DNA of 64,000 nt from an uncultured Eubacteriales bacterium (GTDB lineage: Bacteria; Bacillota; Clostridia; Oscillospirales; CAG-382). The notes beneath the pieces were generated by a model. That model did not search any database. It had not been told where the DNA came from and saw nothing but the letters and a program-made list of their open reading frames with translations. Of the stretch, positions 53,582-64,000 are shown piece by piece; the first letter of the stretch is position 1, and each line of letters opens with the position of its first letter. The stretch is from NCBI GenBank assembly GCA_934444645.1, contig CAKSCV010000007.1, positions 1,447 to 65,446 of the forward strand. Direction: 5' to 3'. The position numbers and the translations under genes were made by a program.

Positions 53582-54415
53582 ATGGCAGTAAAAACTTTCA
53601 AACCTACTACTCCGGCGAGAAGACAGATGACGGTTCCGGGTTTTGACGAAATCACCAAGAAAACACCCGAAAAGAGCCTTATTACCGTCTTAAAGAAACA
53701 TGCCGGACGTAATAATACAGGTAAGATCACTGTCCGTCACCATGGCGGCGGCAACAGAATCAAGTACAGAGTTATGGACTTCCGCAAGAAGATTGAGGAT
53801 GTTCCGGCAACCGTACTTGCTATCGAATACGATCCCAACAGAACCGCTTACATCGCTCTCATGCAGTATGAGACCGGTGAAAAGACCTACAGCATCGCGC
53901 CTGTGGGACTCAAAGTCGGCGACGTTGTCATCAACAGCGCAAAGGCTGATATCAAGCCCGGCAACGTGCTTCCGATCAGCGAAATCCCCGTCGGTACCTT
54001 TATCCACAACATTGAGCTTTATCCGGGCAAGGGCGGTCAGCTCGTCCGCAGCGCCGGTACCGCTGCTCAGCTTATGGCTAAGGAAAACGGCGTTTCTCAG
54101 GTCAGACTTCCCTCCGGTGAAGTCCGCATCATCCGTCTTGACTGCAAGGCTACCATCGGTCAGGTCGGCAATCTCGAACACGAAAACATCAACCTCGGCA
54201 AGGCCGGTAAGACCAGACATCTCGGTATCCGCCCGACCGTCAGAGGTTCTGTTATGAACCCGTGCGACCATCCTCACGGCGGTGGTGAAGGTAAAGCGCC
54301 GGTCGGCCGTCCTTCTCCTGTTACTCCTTGGGGTAAGCCTACGATGGGTTACAAGACCCGCGACAAGAAGGCGCGCACCAACAAGTTCATCGTTAAGAGA
54401 AGAAACGACAAGTAA
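53582..54415 (+). CDS. rplB: 50S ribosomal protein L2
   Basis: [17 protein letters not shown]... and [15 protein letters not shown]. Confidence 0.97.
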   Translation: MAVKTFKPTTPARRQMTVPGFDEITKKTPEKSLITVLKKHAGRNNTGKITVRHHGGGNRIKYRVMDFRKKIEDVPATVLAIEYDPNRTAYIALMQYETGEKTYSIAPVGLKVGDVVINSAKADIKPGNVLPISEIPVGTFIHNIELYPGKGGQLVRSAGTAAQLMAKENGVSQVRLPSGEVRIIRLDCKATIGQVGNLEHENINLGKAGKTRHLGIRPTVRGSVMNPCDHPHGGGEGKAPVGRPSPVTPWGKPTMGYKTRDKKARTNKFIVKRRNDK

Positions 54416-54436
54416 ACCGTAAAGGAGGCATAAAAG

Positions 54437-54718
54437 TTGAGTAGAAGCATTAAAAAAGGACCTTTCGTCGAAGCAAAGCTTTTCGCAAGAATCACTGAAA
54501 TGAACGAAAAGGGCGAGAAGAGAGTGTTAAAAACCTGGTCGAGAGCTTCCACGATTTTCCCGCAGTTTGTGGGTCATACCATTGCCGTTCATGACGGCAG
54601 AAAACACGTGCCGGTATACGTTACGGAAGACATGGTCGGACACAAGCTCGGCGAGTTCGCTCCCACCAGAACGTTTAAGGGCCACTCCGGTTCCAAAACG
54701 ACCAACACCAACAAGTAA
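54437..54718 (+). CDS. rpsS: 30S ribosomal protein S19
   Basis: [10 protein letters not shown]... and [20 protein letters not shown] start. Confidence 0.95.
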   Translation: MSRSIKKGPFVEAKLFARITEMNEKGEKRVLKTWSRASTIFPQFVGHTIAVHDGRKHVPVYVTEDMVGHKLGEFAPTRTFKGHSGSKTTNTNK

Positions 54719-54783
54719 TCTTTGCATATACACAAATTCCGCCGTTTTTACGGCAGAGACTTGTGAAAGGAGGCAAACATTTC

Positions 54784-55119
54784 ATGGAAGCTAAAGCGTA
54801 TTTATACGATTTGAGAATATCTCCGCGCAAGGTTTCGATCGTTCTGGATCTCATCCGCAACAAGGACGTAGCAACCGCCGCCGGTATTCTTGCCAATACA
54901 AGAAAAGCCGCAAGCGAGCCTGTCGCAAAGCTCTTGAAATCCGCCGTAGCTAACGCTGAAAACAACCACAGCATGGATACTTCCAAGCTCGTCGTTTCCC
55001 AGTGCTTCGTTACGCCCGGAAGAATCGCCAAGAGAATCCAGGCGCGTGACAAAGGCCGAGCTTACCGTATCTTGAAGAGAAGCTCGCATATTACGATCGC
55101 GGTAAAAGAAAAAGAATAA
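54784..55119 (+). CDS. rplV: 50S ribosomal protein L22
   Basis: MEAKAYLYDLRISPRKV... Start trimmed; AAGGAGG RBS upstream. Confidence 0.95.
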   Translation: MEAKAYLYDLRISPRKVSIVLDLIRNKDVATAAGILANTRKAASEPVAKLLKSAVANAENNHSMDTSKLVVSQCFVTPGRIAKRIQARDKGRAYRILKRSSHITIAVKEKE

Positions 55120-55206
55120 TTTCTTCCGCAACACTTCAAATTCCTAAAACCTCACAGAGCCACGGCTCTATGAGTGAAATTCATTGAAGGAGGCTTATTA
55201 CGAAGT

Positions 55207-55899
55207 ATGGGTCAAAAAGTTAATCCTCACGGCTTACGTGTAGGTGTCATAAAAGACTGGGATTCCAGATGGTTCGCTAAAGACGAAGTATTCGGTGATA
55301 CGCTCGTTGCGGACTACAAGCTCAGAACATGGCTGAAAAAGAAACTTCAGGGCGCCGGCGTTCCGACCATCGAAATCGAACGCGACGGCAAAAGAGTAAA
55401 GGTATTCATTCACTGCGCAAAGCCCGGTATGATCATCGGCAAGCAGGGCGCAGAAATTGATAAGTTAAAGGGCGAAATCGAGGCATTCACCGGTATGCCG
55501 TCGCTCGTCAATGTCGTCGAGGTTAAGCAGCCCGATCTCAACGCTCAGCTCGTTGCAGAATCCGTTGCCGCTCAGCTCGAAAGACGTATCGCATTCCGCC
55601 GCGCTATGAAAATGGCCATCCAGAGAACCATGAAGCTCGGTGCCAAGGGTATCAAGATTCAGCTCTCCGGCCGTTTGAACGGCGCCGAAATTGCAAGAAC
55701 CGAACAGTATCATGAAGGTACTATTCCGCTTCAGACCCTCCGCGCCGACATCGATTACGGCTTCTGGGAAGCCGATACCACCTACGGCAAGATCGGCGTC
55801 AAGGTTTGGATCTATAAGGGCGAAATCCTTGCTAACGCTGCAAAGACCGCAAGAAGAAAGCCCAACGCGCCTTCTAAGGCAGAAGGAGGAGCAAGATAA
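55207..55899 (+). CDS. rpsC: 30S ribosomal protein S3
   Basis: [24 protein letters not shown]... Start trimmed. Confidence 0.97.
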   Translation: MGQKVNPHGLRVGVIKDWDSRWFAKDEVFGDTLVADYKLRTWLKKKLQGAGVPTIEIERDGKRVKVFIHCAKPGMIIGKQGAEIDKLKGEIEAFTGMPSLVNVVEVKQPDLNAQLVAESVAAQLERRIAFRRAMKMAIQRTMKLGAKGIKIQLSGRLNGAEIARTEQYHEGTIPLQTLRADIDYGFWEADTTYGKIGVKVWIYKGEILANAAKTARRKPNAPSKAEGGAR

Positions 55900-55901
55900 C
55901 C

Positions 55902-56324
55902 ATGTTAATGCCGAAGAGAGTTAAGTACAGAAGAGTTCAGAGAGGCCGCATGAAGGGCGTTGCCACCAGAGGCAACACCGTTTCGAACGGTTCCTACGGC
56001 CTTCAGGCCCTCGAACCCGCTTGGATCACAAGCAACCAGATCGAAGCCGCCCGTATCGCTATGACGCGTTACATTAAGCGTGGCGGTCAGGTTTGGATCA
56101 AGATATTCCCCGATAAGCCTGTTACCGAAAAGCCGGCTGAAACCCGTATGGGTTCCGGTAAAGGTTCTCCCGAGTATTGGGTAGCTGTGGTAAAACCCGG
56201 CCGCATTCTGTTCGAAATGGACGGTGTTGCCGAGGATCAGGCACGCGAAGCAATGCGTCTTGCTGCTCACAAGCTTCCGCTTAAGTGTAAGTTTGTGAAA
56301 AAAGAAGATGAAATGGAGGCGTAA
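55902..56324 (+). CDS. rplP: 50S ribosomal protein L16
   Basis: [19 protein letters not shown]... Confidence 0.97.
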   Translation: MLMPKRVKYRRVQRGRMKGVATRGNTVSNGSYGLQALEPAWITSNQIEAARIAMTRYIKRGGQVWIKIFPDKPVTEKPAETRMGSGKGSPEYWVAVVKPGRILFEMDGVAEDQAREAMRLAAHKLPLKCKFVKKEDEMEA

Positions 56325-56329
56325 GCGAT

Positions 56330-56518
56330 ATGAAAATCACGGAAATCAGAGAAAAAACCTCCGAACAGCTTACCGAGCTTTTGAAGGAGCAGAAGGCAGA
56401 GCTCTTTAATCTGCGTTTTCAGCACGCAATCCATCAGCTCGACAATCCTCAGAAGATCGTCGAAACCAAAAAGACCATCGCCAAAATCTTGACGGTGCTG
56501 ACCGAAAAACAGGCATAA
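56330..56518 (+). CDS. rpmC: 50S ribosomal protein L29
   Basis: 62 aa with EIREKTSEQLTELLKEQKAELFNLRFQ. Confidence 0.95.
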   Translation: MKITEIREKTSEQLTELLKEQKAELFNLRFQHAIHQLDNPQKIVETKKTIAKILTVLTEKQA

Positions 56519-56539
56519 GCGGAAAGGAGTAACTAGTAA

Positions 56540-56794
56540 ATGGAAAGAAATCTCAGAAAAACCAGAGTAGGTATCGTTTCCAGCGATAAAATGGATAAAA
56601 CCATTGTCGTTTCCATCAAGGACAGCGTTAAACATCCGCTTTACAAAAAGGTCATCAAGAGAACCGTGAAGTTCAAGGCGCACGACGAAAACAACGAGTG
56701 CGGCATCGGCGACAAGGTGGAAATTATGGAAACAAGACCGCTTTCCCGCGATAAGAGATGGCGTCTTGTAAGAATTATCGAAAAGGCAAAATAA
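56540..56794 (+). CDS. rpsQ: 30S ribosomal protein S17
   Basis: [19 protein letters not shown]... and [11 protein letters not shown]. Confidence 0.95.
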   Translation: MERNLRKTRVGIVSSDKMDKTIVVSIKDSVKHPLYKKVIKRTVKFKAHDENNECGIGDKVEIMETRPLSRDKRWRLVRIIEKAK

Positions 56795-56833
56795 AGTGTT
56801 GTATCGCAGATACAGACAAGGAGGTCACATAGC

Positions 56834-57202
56834 ATGATTCAACAGCAATCGTTCATGAAGGTTGCCGATAACACCGGCGCCAAGGAACTTATGTGCATCC
56901 GTGTTCTCGGTGGAACGGGCCGCAGATACGCCCGTATCGGCGACGTTGTGGTTTGCTCTGTTAAAAAGGCAACACCCGGCGGCGTTGTCAAAAAAGGCGA
57001 TGTTGTAAAGGCAGTGGTGGTACGCACCGTAAAGAGCCTTCGCAGAGCCGATGGCAGCTATATCCGCTTTGATGAGAACGCGGCAGTTATTATAAACGCG
57101 GACAAGAACCCGAAAGGTACCCGTATTTTCGGGCCGGTAGCAAGAGAGCTTCGTGAAAAAGAATACCTGAAGATTCTCTCCCTTGCGCCCGAAGTACTTT
57201 AA
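56834..57202 (+). CDS. rplN: 50S ribosomal protein L14
   Basis: [27 protein letters not shown]... Confidence 0.97.
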   Translation: MIQQQSFMKVADNTGAKELMCIRVLGGTGRRYARIGDVVVCSVKKATPGGVVKKGDVVKAVVVRTVKSLRRADGSYIRFDENAAVIINADKNPKGTRIFGPVARELREKEYLKILSLAPEVL

Positions 57203-57217
57203 GGGAGGATTTGAACT

Positions 57218-57544
57218 ATGGCAGAAATGAAAAAGCTCGCTGTTCGCAAGGGCGATACGGTCATCGTAGGCTCCGGCGACGACAAGGGCAAAAAAGGCAA
57301 GGTGCTTGAAGTTTCCCCGAAGGAAGGCAAAGTCATCGTTGAGGGCGTAAACATTGTCAGCAAGCACGTCCGTCCCAGAAAGCAGGGAGAAGAAGGCGGT
57401 ATCGTCAAGGTCGAAGGCGCGTTCTACGCTTCCAAGGTCAATCTCTACTGCGACAAGTGCGGCAAGGGCGTAAGAGCCGGCCACAAGATCCTCGAGGACG
57501 GCAAAAAGGTTAGAGTTTGCGCTAAATGCGGCGAAATTCTTTAA
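57218..57544 (+). CDS. rplX: 50S ribosomal protein L24
   Basis: KOW motif VRKGDTVIVGSGDDKGKKGKV. Confidence 0.95.
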   Translation: MAEMKKLAVRKGDTVIVGSGDDKGKKGKVLEVSPKEGKVIVEGVNIVSKHVRPRKQGEEGGIVKVEGAFYASKVNLYCDKCGKGVRAGHKILEDGKKVRVCAKCGEIL

Positions 57545-57562
57545 TGACGGGAGGAGATAACG

Positions 57563-58102
57563 ATGTCAAGACTCAGTGATTTCTATAAGAACGAAGTAGC
57601 TCCTGCTCTCATGAAGAAATTCGAATATAAAAGCCCGATGCAGATCCCGAAGATCGACAAGATCATCTTAAACATCGGCGCAGGAGATGCCAAGGATAAC
57701 GCTAAGGTTATCGATAACATTATGGCTGATCTCGAAACCATCACCGGTCAGAAGGCTGTTCCTACTTTCGCAAGAAAGTCGGTTGCAAACTTCAAGATCC
57801 GTGAAGGCATGAAGATCGGCGCAAAGGTCACGCTCAGAGGCGAAAAGATGTACGAGTTTATGGATCGCTTCTTTAATCTCGCTCTTCCGCGCGTGCGCGA
57901 CTTTAAGGGTATCAATCCCAACGCCTTTGACGGCAGAGGCAACTATTCCCTCGGTATCAAGGAACAGTTAATCTTCCCGGAAATCGAGTACGATAAAATC
58001 GAAAAGATCCGCGGTATGGATATTGTATTCGTCACCACAGCAACGAACGACGAGCATGCAAGAGAGTTACTCGCTCTCATGGGCGCTCCGTTCGCAAAGT
58101 AA
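57563..58102 (+). CDS. rplE: 50S ribosomal protein L5
   Basis: [34 protein letters not shown]... Confidence 0.97.
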   Translation: MSRLSDFYKNEVAPALMKKFEYKSPMQIPKIDKIILNIGAGDAKDNAKVIDNIMADLETITGQKAVPTFARKSVANFKIREGMKIGAKVTLRGEKMYEFMDRFFNLALPRVRDFKGINPNAFDGRGNYSLGIKEQLIFPEIEYDKIEKIRGMDIVFVTTATNDEHARELLALMGAPFAK

Positions 58103-58120
58103 GAGGGGTAGGTAAAAAAA

Positions 58121-58306
58121 ATGGCAAAGAAGGCTATGATCTTAAAGCAGCAGAGAGCCCAGAAGTTCTCTACTCGTGAATATAACAGATGTAAAATTTG
58201 CGGCCGTCCCCATGCTTATCTTCGCAAATACGGCATCTGCCGTATCTGTTTCAGAGAGCTTGCTTATAAGGGTCAGATTCCCGGCGTGAAAAAAGCAAGC
58301 TGGTAA
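58121..58306 (+). CDS. rpsN: 30S ribosomal protein S14, type Z (zinc-binding)
   Basis: 61 aa with [23 protein letters not shown] (CxxC...CxxC). Confidence 0.95.
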   Translation: MAKKAMILKQQRAQKFSTREYNRCKICGRPHAYLRKYGICRICFRELAYKGQIPGVKKASW

Positions 58307-58347
58307 TTCTTGAAAGATGCTTATTATTAAGTAAGGAGGTCACAATT

Positions 58348-58746
58348 ATGCAGATTACAGATGTAATTGCGGATATGCTTACCCGTATTCGCAATGCCAA
58401 TTCGTCCAAGCACGAAACGGTTGACATCCCCGCTTCCGGCGTTAAGAAGGCGATCGCTGAAATCTTACGCGAGGAAGGCTATATAAACGGTTATCAGATC
58501 ATCGAAGACGGAAAACAGGGCGTTATCCGCGTCACTCTTAAGTACGGCGCAAACAAGTCCAAGGTTATTCAGGGTCTTCGCAGAGTTTCCAAACCCGGTC
58601 TTCGCATCTACACCAGCTGCGAGGATATGCCTACGGTTATGAAAGGTCTCGGCATCGCGATCATTTCAACTTCCAAGGGCATTATGACGGATAAAAAGGC
58701 AAAGGCAAACAACGTCGGCGGCGAAGTTCTCGCTTATGTTTGGTAA
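58348..58746 (+). CDS. rpsH: 30S ribosomal protein S8
   Basis: [19 protein letters not shown]... Confidence 0.97.
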   Translation: MQITDVIADMLTRIRNANSSKHETVDIPASGVKKAIAEILREEGYINGYQIIEDGKQGVIRVTLKYGANKSKVIQGLRRVSKPGLRIYTSCEDMPTVMKGLGIAIISTSKGIMTDKKAKANNVGGEVLAYVW

Positions 58747-58820
58747 TTGCCCGAAAAACGCATGGTTCCTGTAGGCGAACGCTTTTACAGGATAGAATGC
58801 ATTACGGAAGGAGAAACATC

Positions 58821-59360
58821 ATGTCTAGAATAGGTAGAATGCCTGTTACTGTTCCTGCCGGTGTTGACGTTAAGATCGACGCAGAAAACTGCGTTACCGT
58901 AAAGGGTGCCAAGGGTACTCTCACGCAGAAGTTCAATCCGAATATGAAAATTACGGTTGAAAACGGTGTGCTTACGGTTGAGCGTCCCGACGATGAAAAA
59001 CAGAACAGAGCACTTCACGGTCTTACCCGTTCGATCATCGCCAATATGGTCGAAGGTGTGACCAACGGTTACAGCAAAAAGCTCGAAATCAACGGCGTCG
59101 GTTACCGTGCCGCAAAACAGGGCAAACAGCTCGTTCTCAATATCGGTTATTCTCACACGGTTGTCGTCGATGAAATCGATGGCATCACCTTCGAGGTTCC
59201 CGATACCAACACCGTTATCGTAAACGGTCCCGATAAGCAGAAGGTCGGCCAGATCGCTTCCGAGATCCGCGGCAAACGTCCGCCGGAACCCTACCTCGGC
59301 AAGGGTATTAAGTACGCCGATGAGCATATCCGCCGCAAGGCCGGTAAAGCCGGTAAGTAA
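58821..59360 (+). CDS. rplF: 50S ribosomal protein L6
   Basis: MSRIGRMPVTVPAGVDVKID... Start trimmed. Confidence 0.97.
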   Translation: MSRIGRMPVTVPAGVDVKIDAENCVTVKGAKGTLTQKFNPNMKITVENGVLTVERPDDEKQNRALHGLTRSIIANMVEGVTNGYSKKLEINGVGYRAAKQGKQLVLNIGYSHTVVVDEIDGITFEVPDTNTVIVNGPDKQKVGQIASEIRGKRPPEPYLGKGIKYADEHIRRKAGKAGK

Positions 59361-59380
59361 TCAGAAGGGAGTGCAGTTAA

Positions 59381-59740
59381 ATGGTATCAAGAAAAGACAG
59401 CAATTTGCAGCGTAAAAAGAGACACGCCAGAGTTCGTGCCAAGATTAGCGGTACTGCTTCCCGTCCCCGTCTTTGTGTCTACCGTTCGCTCGCCAACATC
59501 TACGCTCAGGTGATTGACGACACCACCGGAAACACCCTCGTCAGCGCGTCCAGCGTTGAAAAGGATTTCGGCGTTTACGGCGGCAATAAGGACGCGGCTA
59601 AAAAGGTCGGCGAGCTTGTCGCAAAGCGCGCAGCCGAAAAGGGTATCACCGATGTTGTTTTCGACAGAGGCGGTTATATCTACCACGGACGCGTAAAGGA
59701 ACTCGCAGAAGCCGCAAGAGAAGCCGGCTTGAAGTTCTAA
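59381..59740 (+). CDS. rplR: 50S ribosomal protein L18
   Basis: [20 protein letters not shown]... and [13 protein letters not shown]. Confidence 0.97.
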   Translation: MVSRKDSNLQRKKRHARVRAKISGTASRPRLCVYRSLANIYAQVIDDTTGNTLVSASSVEKDFGVYGGNKDAAKKVGELVAKRAAEKGITDVVFDRGGYIYHGRVKELAEAAREAGLKF

Positions 59741-59755
59741 AATAGGAGGGATAAT

Positions 59756-60259
59756 ATGGCATTCAAAATGGATCCTGCAACACTTGACCTCCAGGAAACC
59801 GTAATCGAAACACGACGCGTATCCAAGACAGTCAAGGGCGGACGCATCATGCGCTTCGCCGCAGTAGTTGTAGTAGGCGACCGCAACGGTCACGTTGGCT
59901 ATGGCATCGGCAAATCCGCCGAAGTGCCGGAAGCTATCAGAAAAGCAATCGAAGACGCTAAGAAAAATATGATTGAGGTTGCAGTCAAGAACACCAGCAT
60001 TCCTCATGATATCGTCGGCGAATTCGGCGCGGCAAGAGTTCTTCTTAAGCCGGCTGCCGAAGGTACCGGTATCATCGCAGGCGGTACGGTTCGTGCCGTT
60101 GTGGATATGGCGGGTATCAAGGATATTCGCGCAAAGTGCCTCAGCAGCAACAATAAGATCAATGTCGTTAAAGCAACCTTCGAAGGCTTGCGCAATCTCA
60201 GAACGGCTGAAGCTGTTGCTAAGATGAGAGGCAAGACCGTCGAAGAAATCGTAGGCTAA
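59756..60259 (+). CDS. rpsE: 30S ribosomal protein S5
   Basis: [23 protein letters not shown]... Confidence 0.97.
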   Translation: MAFKMDPATLDLQETVIETRRVSKTVKGGRIMRFAAVVVVGDRNGHVGYGIGKSAEVPEAIRKAIEDAKKNMIEVAVKNTSIPHDIVGEFGAARVLLKPAAEGTGIIAGGTVRAVVDMAGIKDIRAKCLSSNNKINVVKATFEGLRNLRTAEAVAKMRGKTVEEIVG

Positions 60260-60272
60260 GGAGGAAACAGTG

Positions 60273-60452
60273 ATGGCTAAGATTACAGTAACACTTACCA
60301 AAAGCTTGATCGGTCGCAAAAAGAACCAGATCGCCACTGCAAACTCCCTGGGTTTACGCAAGATCGGTGACGTATCGGTTCAGGAAAACAATGAGGCTAC
60401 CAAAGGCAAAATCAACCTCATTTGTCACCTTGTCACAGTGAAGGAGGGCTAA
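60273..60452 (+). CDS. rpmD: 50S ribosomal protein L30
   Basis: [36 protein letters not shown] at 60270 is an alternative start. Confidence 0.93.
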   Translation: MAKITVTLTKSLIGRKKNQIATANSLGLRKIGDVSVQENNEATKGKINLICHLVTVKEG

Positions 60453-60454
60453 TC

Positions 60455-60901
60455 ATGAAGCTTCATGAACTTTCACCCGCTCCCGGCTCGACCAAATCCG
60501 CTTGGAGAAAAGGCCGCGGCGTCGGTTCCGGTAACGGTAAGACGGCAGGCCGCGGTCATAAAGGTCAGAACGCCAGAACAGGCGGCGGCGTAAGACCGGG
60601 CTTTGAAGGCGGTCAGATTCCGCTTTACAGAAGACTTCCGAAGAGAGGCTTTACCAACAGCCTTTTCAAGAAGGAATACGCAATTATCAACCTTGAAACC
60701 TTAGATAAGCTCTTTAACGACGGCGACGCCGTTTCCATGGAAACGCTTCTTGAAAAAGGCGTTATCCGCAAGGAGTTAAACGGTTTGAAAGTCCTCGGAA
60801 GAGGCGAAATTACCAAAAAGCTGACCGTTAAAGCTGCCATCTTCTCGGTATCCGCAAAGGAGAAGATCGAAGCCGCAGGCGGAAAGGCTGAGGTGATTTA
60901 A
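60455..60901 (+). CDS. rplO: 50S ribosomal protein L15
   Basis: [38 protein letters not shown]... Start trimmed. Confidence 0.97.
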   Translation: MKLHELSPAPGSTKSAWRKGRGVGSGNGKTAGRGHKGQNARTGGGVRPGFEGGQIPLYRRLPKRGFTNSLFKKEYAIINLETLDKLFNDGDAVSMETLLEKGVIRKELNGLKVLGRGEITKKLTVKAAIFSVSAKEKIEAAGGKAEVI

Positions 60902-60902
60902 A

Positions 60903-62168
60903 GTGCTGCAGACATTCAAAAACGCTTGGAAGATTCCGGAACTCCGCAAGAAAATGCTCTTTACGCTGTTCATTCTTGTTCTGTTCCGCATCGGCTCTGT
61001 CATTCCGGTTCCGTTTGTTTATGCAAACCTTGTACAGGATGCGGTAAACGGCGGTGGCTTGCAGGGATTGTTCCAGTACTTCAACATCATCTCCGGCGAA
61101 GCGTTTTCTAAGGCAACTTTATTCGCACTCTCCATCTCGCCGTATATCACGGCTTCCATCGTTATCCAGCTTTTGACCATCGCTATCCCGCCGCTCGAAA
61201 GAATGGCTAAGGAAGGCGAAGAAGGCCGTAAAAAGCTCACCCAGATCACGCGCTATACGACAGTCGGTCTTGCTCTCTTAACCAGTATCGGTTATTGCGC
61301 ATTCCTGTATGCCTCGCATTGGGTTATCCCGGGCTACGATCACCTGTTCCATAAGCTCGTTATCATTTCCTGCTATTGCGCCGGCGCTTCCATCATCATG
61401 TGGCTCGCCGAAAAGATCAATGACCACGGAATCGGCAATGGTATTTCCATTATCCTTTTTGTCAATATCGCCGCTTCCTTCCCGTCCATGTTCTCGACCG
61501 CTTTGACAAACGGCTATCTCATCTTTGCTCTGTTTGTTGTTATCACGCTTGTAATGGTTGTCTTTGTCGTTCACGTGACCAATGCGGAACGCAGACTTCC
61601 GGTGCAGTACGCTAAGCGTCAGGTCGGCAGAAAGATGTACGGCGGCCAGAGCACATTCCTGCCGATTAAGCTGAATATGTCCGGCGTTATGCCGATCATC
61701 TTCGCCAGCTCGATCGCAGCTATCCCGATGACCATTGCTTCCATCATCCCGAATTCGGGCTTTGCACGCTTCGTCAGCTCGTATTTCTCGATGTCAAGTG
61801 TTCCGTATATGATCATCTATTTCGTTCTTATCATCGCGTTTTCTTACTTCTACCTTGCAATTTCCTTCAATCCGGTGGAAGTTTCCAACAACCTGAAAAA
61901 GAACGGCGGCTTTATCATGGGTATCCGCCCGGGTAAGCCCACGACCGATTATATTACCAAGATTCTCGGCAGAGTCACCCTCATCGGTGCCATCTTCTTA
62001 GGCATCGTTGCTTGCTTGCCGATGCTTCTTTCGATGTTCAACCAGAAAATGAGCGGTCTCGCCTTCGGCGGCTCCTCGCTCTTAATCTTGGTCAGCGTTG
62101 TTATTGAAACGACACGCGAAATTGAAGCACAAATGACCATGCGTCATTACAAAGGCTTTCTTGAATAA
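60903..62168 (+). CDS. secY: Preprotein translocase subunit SecY
   Basis: 421-aa, 10-TM protein in the conserved position after rplO. GTG start. Confidence 0.95.
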   Translation: MLQTFKNAWKIPELRKKMLFTLFILVLFRIGSVIPVPFVYANLVQDAVNGGGLQGLFQYFNIISGEAFSKATLFALSISPYITASIVIQLLTIAIPPLERMAKEGEEGRKKLTQITRYTTVGLALLTSIGYCAFLYASHWVIPGYDHLFHKLVIISCYCAGASIIMWLAEKINDHGIGNGISIILFVNIAASFPSMFSTALTNGYLIFALFVVITLVMVVFVVHVTNAERRLPVQYAKRQVGRKMYGGQSTFLPIKLNMSGVMPIIFASSIAAIPMTIASIIPNSGFARFVSSYFSMSSVPYMIIYFVLIIAFSYFYLAISFNPVEVSNNLKKNGGFIMGIRPGKPTTDYITKILGRVTLIGAIFLGIVACLPMLLSMFNQKMSGLAFGGSSLLILVSVVIETTREIEAQMTMRHYKGFLE

Positions 62169-62218
62169 TCCGTAAGGATTGTTTGAGAGTTCCATTGACA
62201 CACAGGTTAGGAGATATT

Positions 62219-62857
62219 ATGAATATAATATTTTTCGGTGCTCCGGGTGCCGGCAAAGGCACACAGGCTGAAATCGTCAGCAAAAAACTCGATATTCCCA
62301 CGATTTCTACGGGTAATATCATCCGTGAAGCGATCAAAAACGGGACCGAAATGGGTCTTTCGGCTAAGAGCTATATCGACGCCGGAAAGCTCGTTCCCGA
62401 TGAGGTCGTGATCGGAATCATCAAAGACAGACTCGATAAGGACGACTGCAAAAACGGATTTATCCTCGACGGTTTTCCGCGCACCATTCCGCAGGCGAAA
62501 GCTCTCGACGAAATGGGCGTGAAGATCGATGTCGTTCTCAATATCGAAGTGTCCGATGAAGATATCGTCAACCGCATGAGCGGCAGAAGAACCTGCCCGA
62601 AGTGCGGCAGTACGTATCATATCGAATTCAATCCAACCAAAGCAGAGGGTGTATGCGATAACTGCGGCACGGAGCTTACTGTGCGCAAGGACGATCATCC
62701 CGATGTTGTCAAAAGCAGACTTGATGTCTACCACAGCGAAACAGAGCCTTTGAAAGCTTTTTATGAAGAAAAAGGCATTCTTCGCACCGTGGTCGGTCAA
62801 AAAGAGCTCAAGGATACCACCGCGCTTACCGCAAAAGCACTCGGTATCGAAGATTAG
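62219..62857 (+). CDS. adk: Adenylate kinase (zinc-lid type)
   Basis: MNIIFFGAPGAGKGTQ P-loop and lid CPKCGSTYH...CDNCG. Start trimmed. Confidence 0.97.
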   Translation: MNIIFFGAPGAGKGTQAEIVSKKLDIPTISTGNIIREAIKNGTEMGLSAKSYIDAGKLVPDEVVIGIIKDRLDKDDCKNGFILDGFPRTIPQAKALDEMGVKIDVVLNIEVSDEDIVNRMSGRRTCPKCGSTYHIEFNPTKAEGVCDNCGTELTVRKDDHPDVVKSRLDVYHSETEPLKAFYEEKGILRTVVGQKELKDTTALTAKALGIED

Positions 62858-62887
62858 TCGAAAGACTGCATTAAGGACTGGTTTTGC

Positions 62888-63634
62888 ATGATTAAGATCA
62901 AAAACAACCAAGAAATCGCGCTGATGCGCGAAGCAGGCAAAATCACGGCAGGCGCGTTAGCACTTGCGGCGACTTTGGTAAAGCCGGGCGTTTCTCTGAT
63001 TCATATCGATTCCGAGATTCACCGCTTTATCACGTCGCATTGCGCTATACCTTCGTTCCTGCATTACAACGGTTTTCCTGCCAGTGCCTGCATCAGCGTC
63101 AACGATGAAGTGATTCACGGAATTCCCGGCAAACGGCTGCTCACCGAAGGCGATATCGTCAAGGTGGATGTCGGTGCCTGTTACAAGGGCTACCACGGAG
63201 ACGCGGCCCGCACGCTTTTCTGCGGCGAGGTTTCCGAGGACGCCAAGCGTTTGGAACGAATCACACGTGAGAGCTTTTTTGAGGGCATCAAGTATGCCGA
63301 TCCGTCGCACCGTTTGGGCGATATTTCCCACGCCATCCAAGAGCACGTCGAAAGCGCAGGCTTTTCGGTGGTCAAGGATTTTGTCGGTCACGGTGTCGGT
63401 GCCCATCTGCATGAAGATCCCGAAATTCCCAATTACGGCAAAGCCGGCCGCGGCACACGCCTGTACGAGGGTATGACGCTCGCCATTGAACCGATGGTCA
63501 ATTTCGGTACAGCCGAGGTTTCGGTGCTCGACAACGACTGGACGGTCGTAACGGATGACGGAGCTCTTTCCGCCCATTACGAAAACTCCATTCTGATCAC
63601 CGAAAACGGTCCCGAAATTCTCACGAAACTATGA
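62888..63634 (+). CDS. map: Type I methionine aminopeptidase
   Basis: Metal-ligand context VDVGACYKGYHGDAART, GHGVG, EPM, HYENS. Confidence 0.95.
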   Translation: MIKIKNNQEIALMREAGKITAGALALAATLVKPGVSLIHIDSEIHRFITSHCAIPSFLHYNGFPASACISVNDEVIHGIPGKRLLTEGDIVKVDVGACYKGYHGDAARTLFCGEVSEDAKRLERITRESFFEGIKYADPSHRLGDISHAIQEHVESAGFSVVKDFVGHGVGAHLHEDPEIPNYGKAGRGTRLYEGMTLAIEPMVNFGTAEVSVLDNDWTVVTDDGALSAHYENSILITENGPEILTKL

Positions 63635-63939
63635 GCTTTGATCGGAAACGAAAACTGAAGATCCGTAACAGCTTCTGTGAAAGTCACGGAACCGGGTGCC
63701 TTGTGCGTTCCCGCTCCGGACGGACGCGCGGCAAAGTTTTTGCCGTCGTTGCCACAGAAACGGATGCGAAGGGAAGCCTGTATGCCCTCGTAAGCGATGG
63801 CAAAACACGGCCGCTTTCCCATCCGAAGCGCAAAAGTGCCGCACATCTCGAAAAGCTTCTTCCGGCCCTCGGACGCTCGCCGTTCGGAACGGATGAAGAA
63901 ATACGATGCGCGATCGAGGCTCTTACGGATATCAAGTAA
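63631..63939 (+). CDS. KOW domain-containing RNA-binding protein (small conserved gene between map and infA)
   Basis: The ATG overlaps the map stop (ATGA). GKVFAVVATETDAKGSLYALVSDGKTRPLSHPKRK is KOW-like. The position is typical for Clostridia. Confidence 0.6.
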   Translation: MSFDRKRKLKIRNSFCESHGTGCLVRSRSGRTRGKVFAVVATETDAKGSLYALVSDGKTRPLSHPKRKSAAHLEKLLPALGRSPFGTDEEIRCAIEALTDIK

Positions 63940-63955
63940 TTTTGGAGGGATTGAA

Positions 63956-64000
63956 ATGTCCAAAGACGACGTTATTGAATTTGAGGGCGTGGTTACGGAG
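63956..64000 (+). CDS. infA: Translation initiation factor IF-1 (5' end only, truncated by the window)
   Basis: MSKDDVIEFEGVVTE after a GGAGGG RBS. Confidence 0.85.
   Translation, partial: MSKDDVIEFEGVVTE

Noticed and set aside
52599-62911. Long antisense ORFs lie in the ribosomal protein cluster (for example 52599-53219, 53690-54277, 56825-57484, 58785-59327, 59387-60361, 62207-62911, 62957-63577).
   Set aside because: Each lies opposite a highly conserved r-protein, secY, adk or map gene. None has an RBS. Such shadow ORFs are typical of GC-rich coding DNA.

Overview
This is a 64-kb chromosomal window from a GC-rich, Clostridia-like Firmicute. That assignment is inferred from gene content: an SLH-domain wall protein, a Zn-type S14, a KOW gene between map and infA, and many TTGACA-17-TGnTATAAT promoters. 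Most of the window is ordinary housekeeping DNA.

Coding and RNA content:
- Accessory and sugar-related genes: SBP lipoprotein, DUF4153, TetR plus a YoaP-like GNAT, ychF, LRR lipoprotein, ABC exporter plus SMI1/KNR4, SGNH hydrolase plus GH-like enzyme plus AraC.
- prfB (no frameshift), mnmE, a ParE/GyrB-like topoisomerase B subunit, DUF1893 and a MATE pump.
- pyrH-frr-uppS-cdsA, then HAD/XRE/GNAT/polA, then dxr; DUF975 and pgeF.
- A 10-gene tRNA cluster, an SLH protein, a TAXI-TRAP operon, addB, and a low-GC lipoprotein cassette.
- The full S10-spc ribosomal protein cluster from rpsJ through secY-adk-map to infA.

The most unusual content is non-coding. A family of 1.6-1.7 kb foldback mosaic elements occurs three times: 17873-19463, 23728-25421, and a truncated copy at 1-284.
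- Each copy is built from nested inverted repeats, 79-80 bp tandem hairpin units, a 114-nt long hairpin, runs of short GC-rich stem-loops, and an asymmetric iteron-like, G-tract-rich centre.
- I see no transposase or cas genes in the window and no ORFs conserved between copies.
- Arm modules are swapped between the two full copies, which is consistent with inversion.
- Every copy sits at a break in an otherwise conserved gene neighbourhood.
- I do not recognise this family.

Secondary observations:
- A low-GC cassette bounded by inverted repeats.
- Tandem consensus promoters with a roughly 470-570 nt structured leader before rpsJ.
- An orphan topoisomerase B subunit with an acidic insert.
- addB without addA.

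All coordinates of non-coding features are hand-derived and may be off by a few bases.
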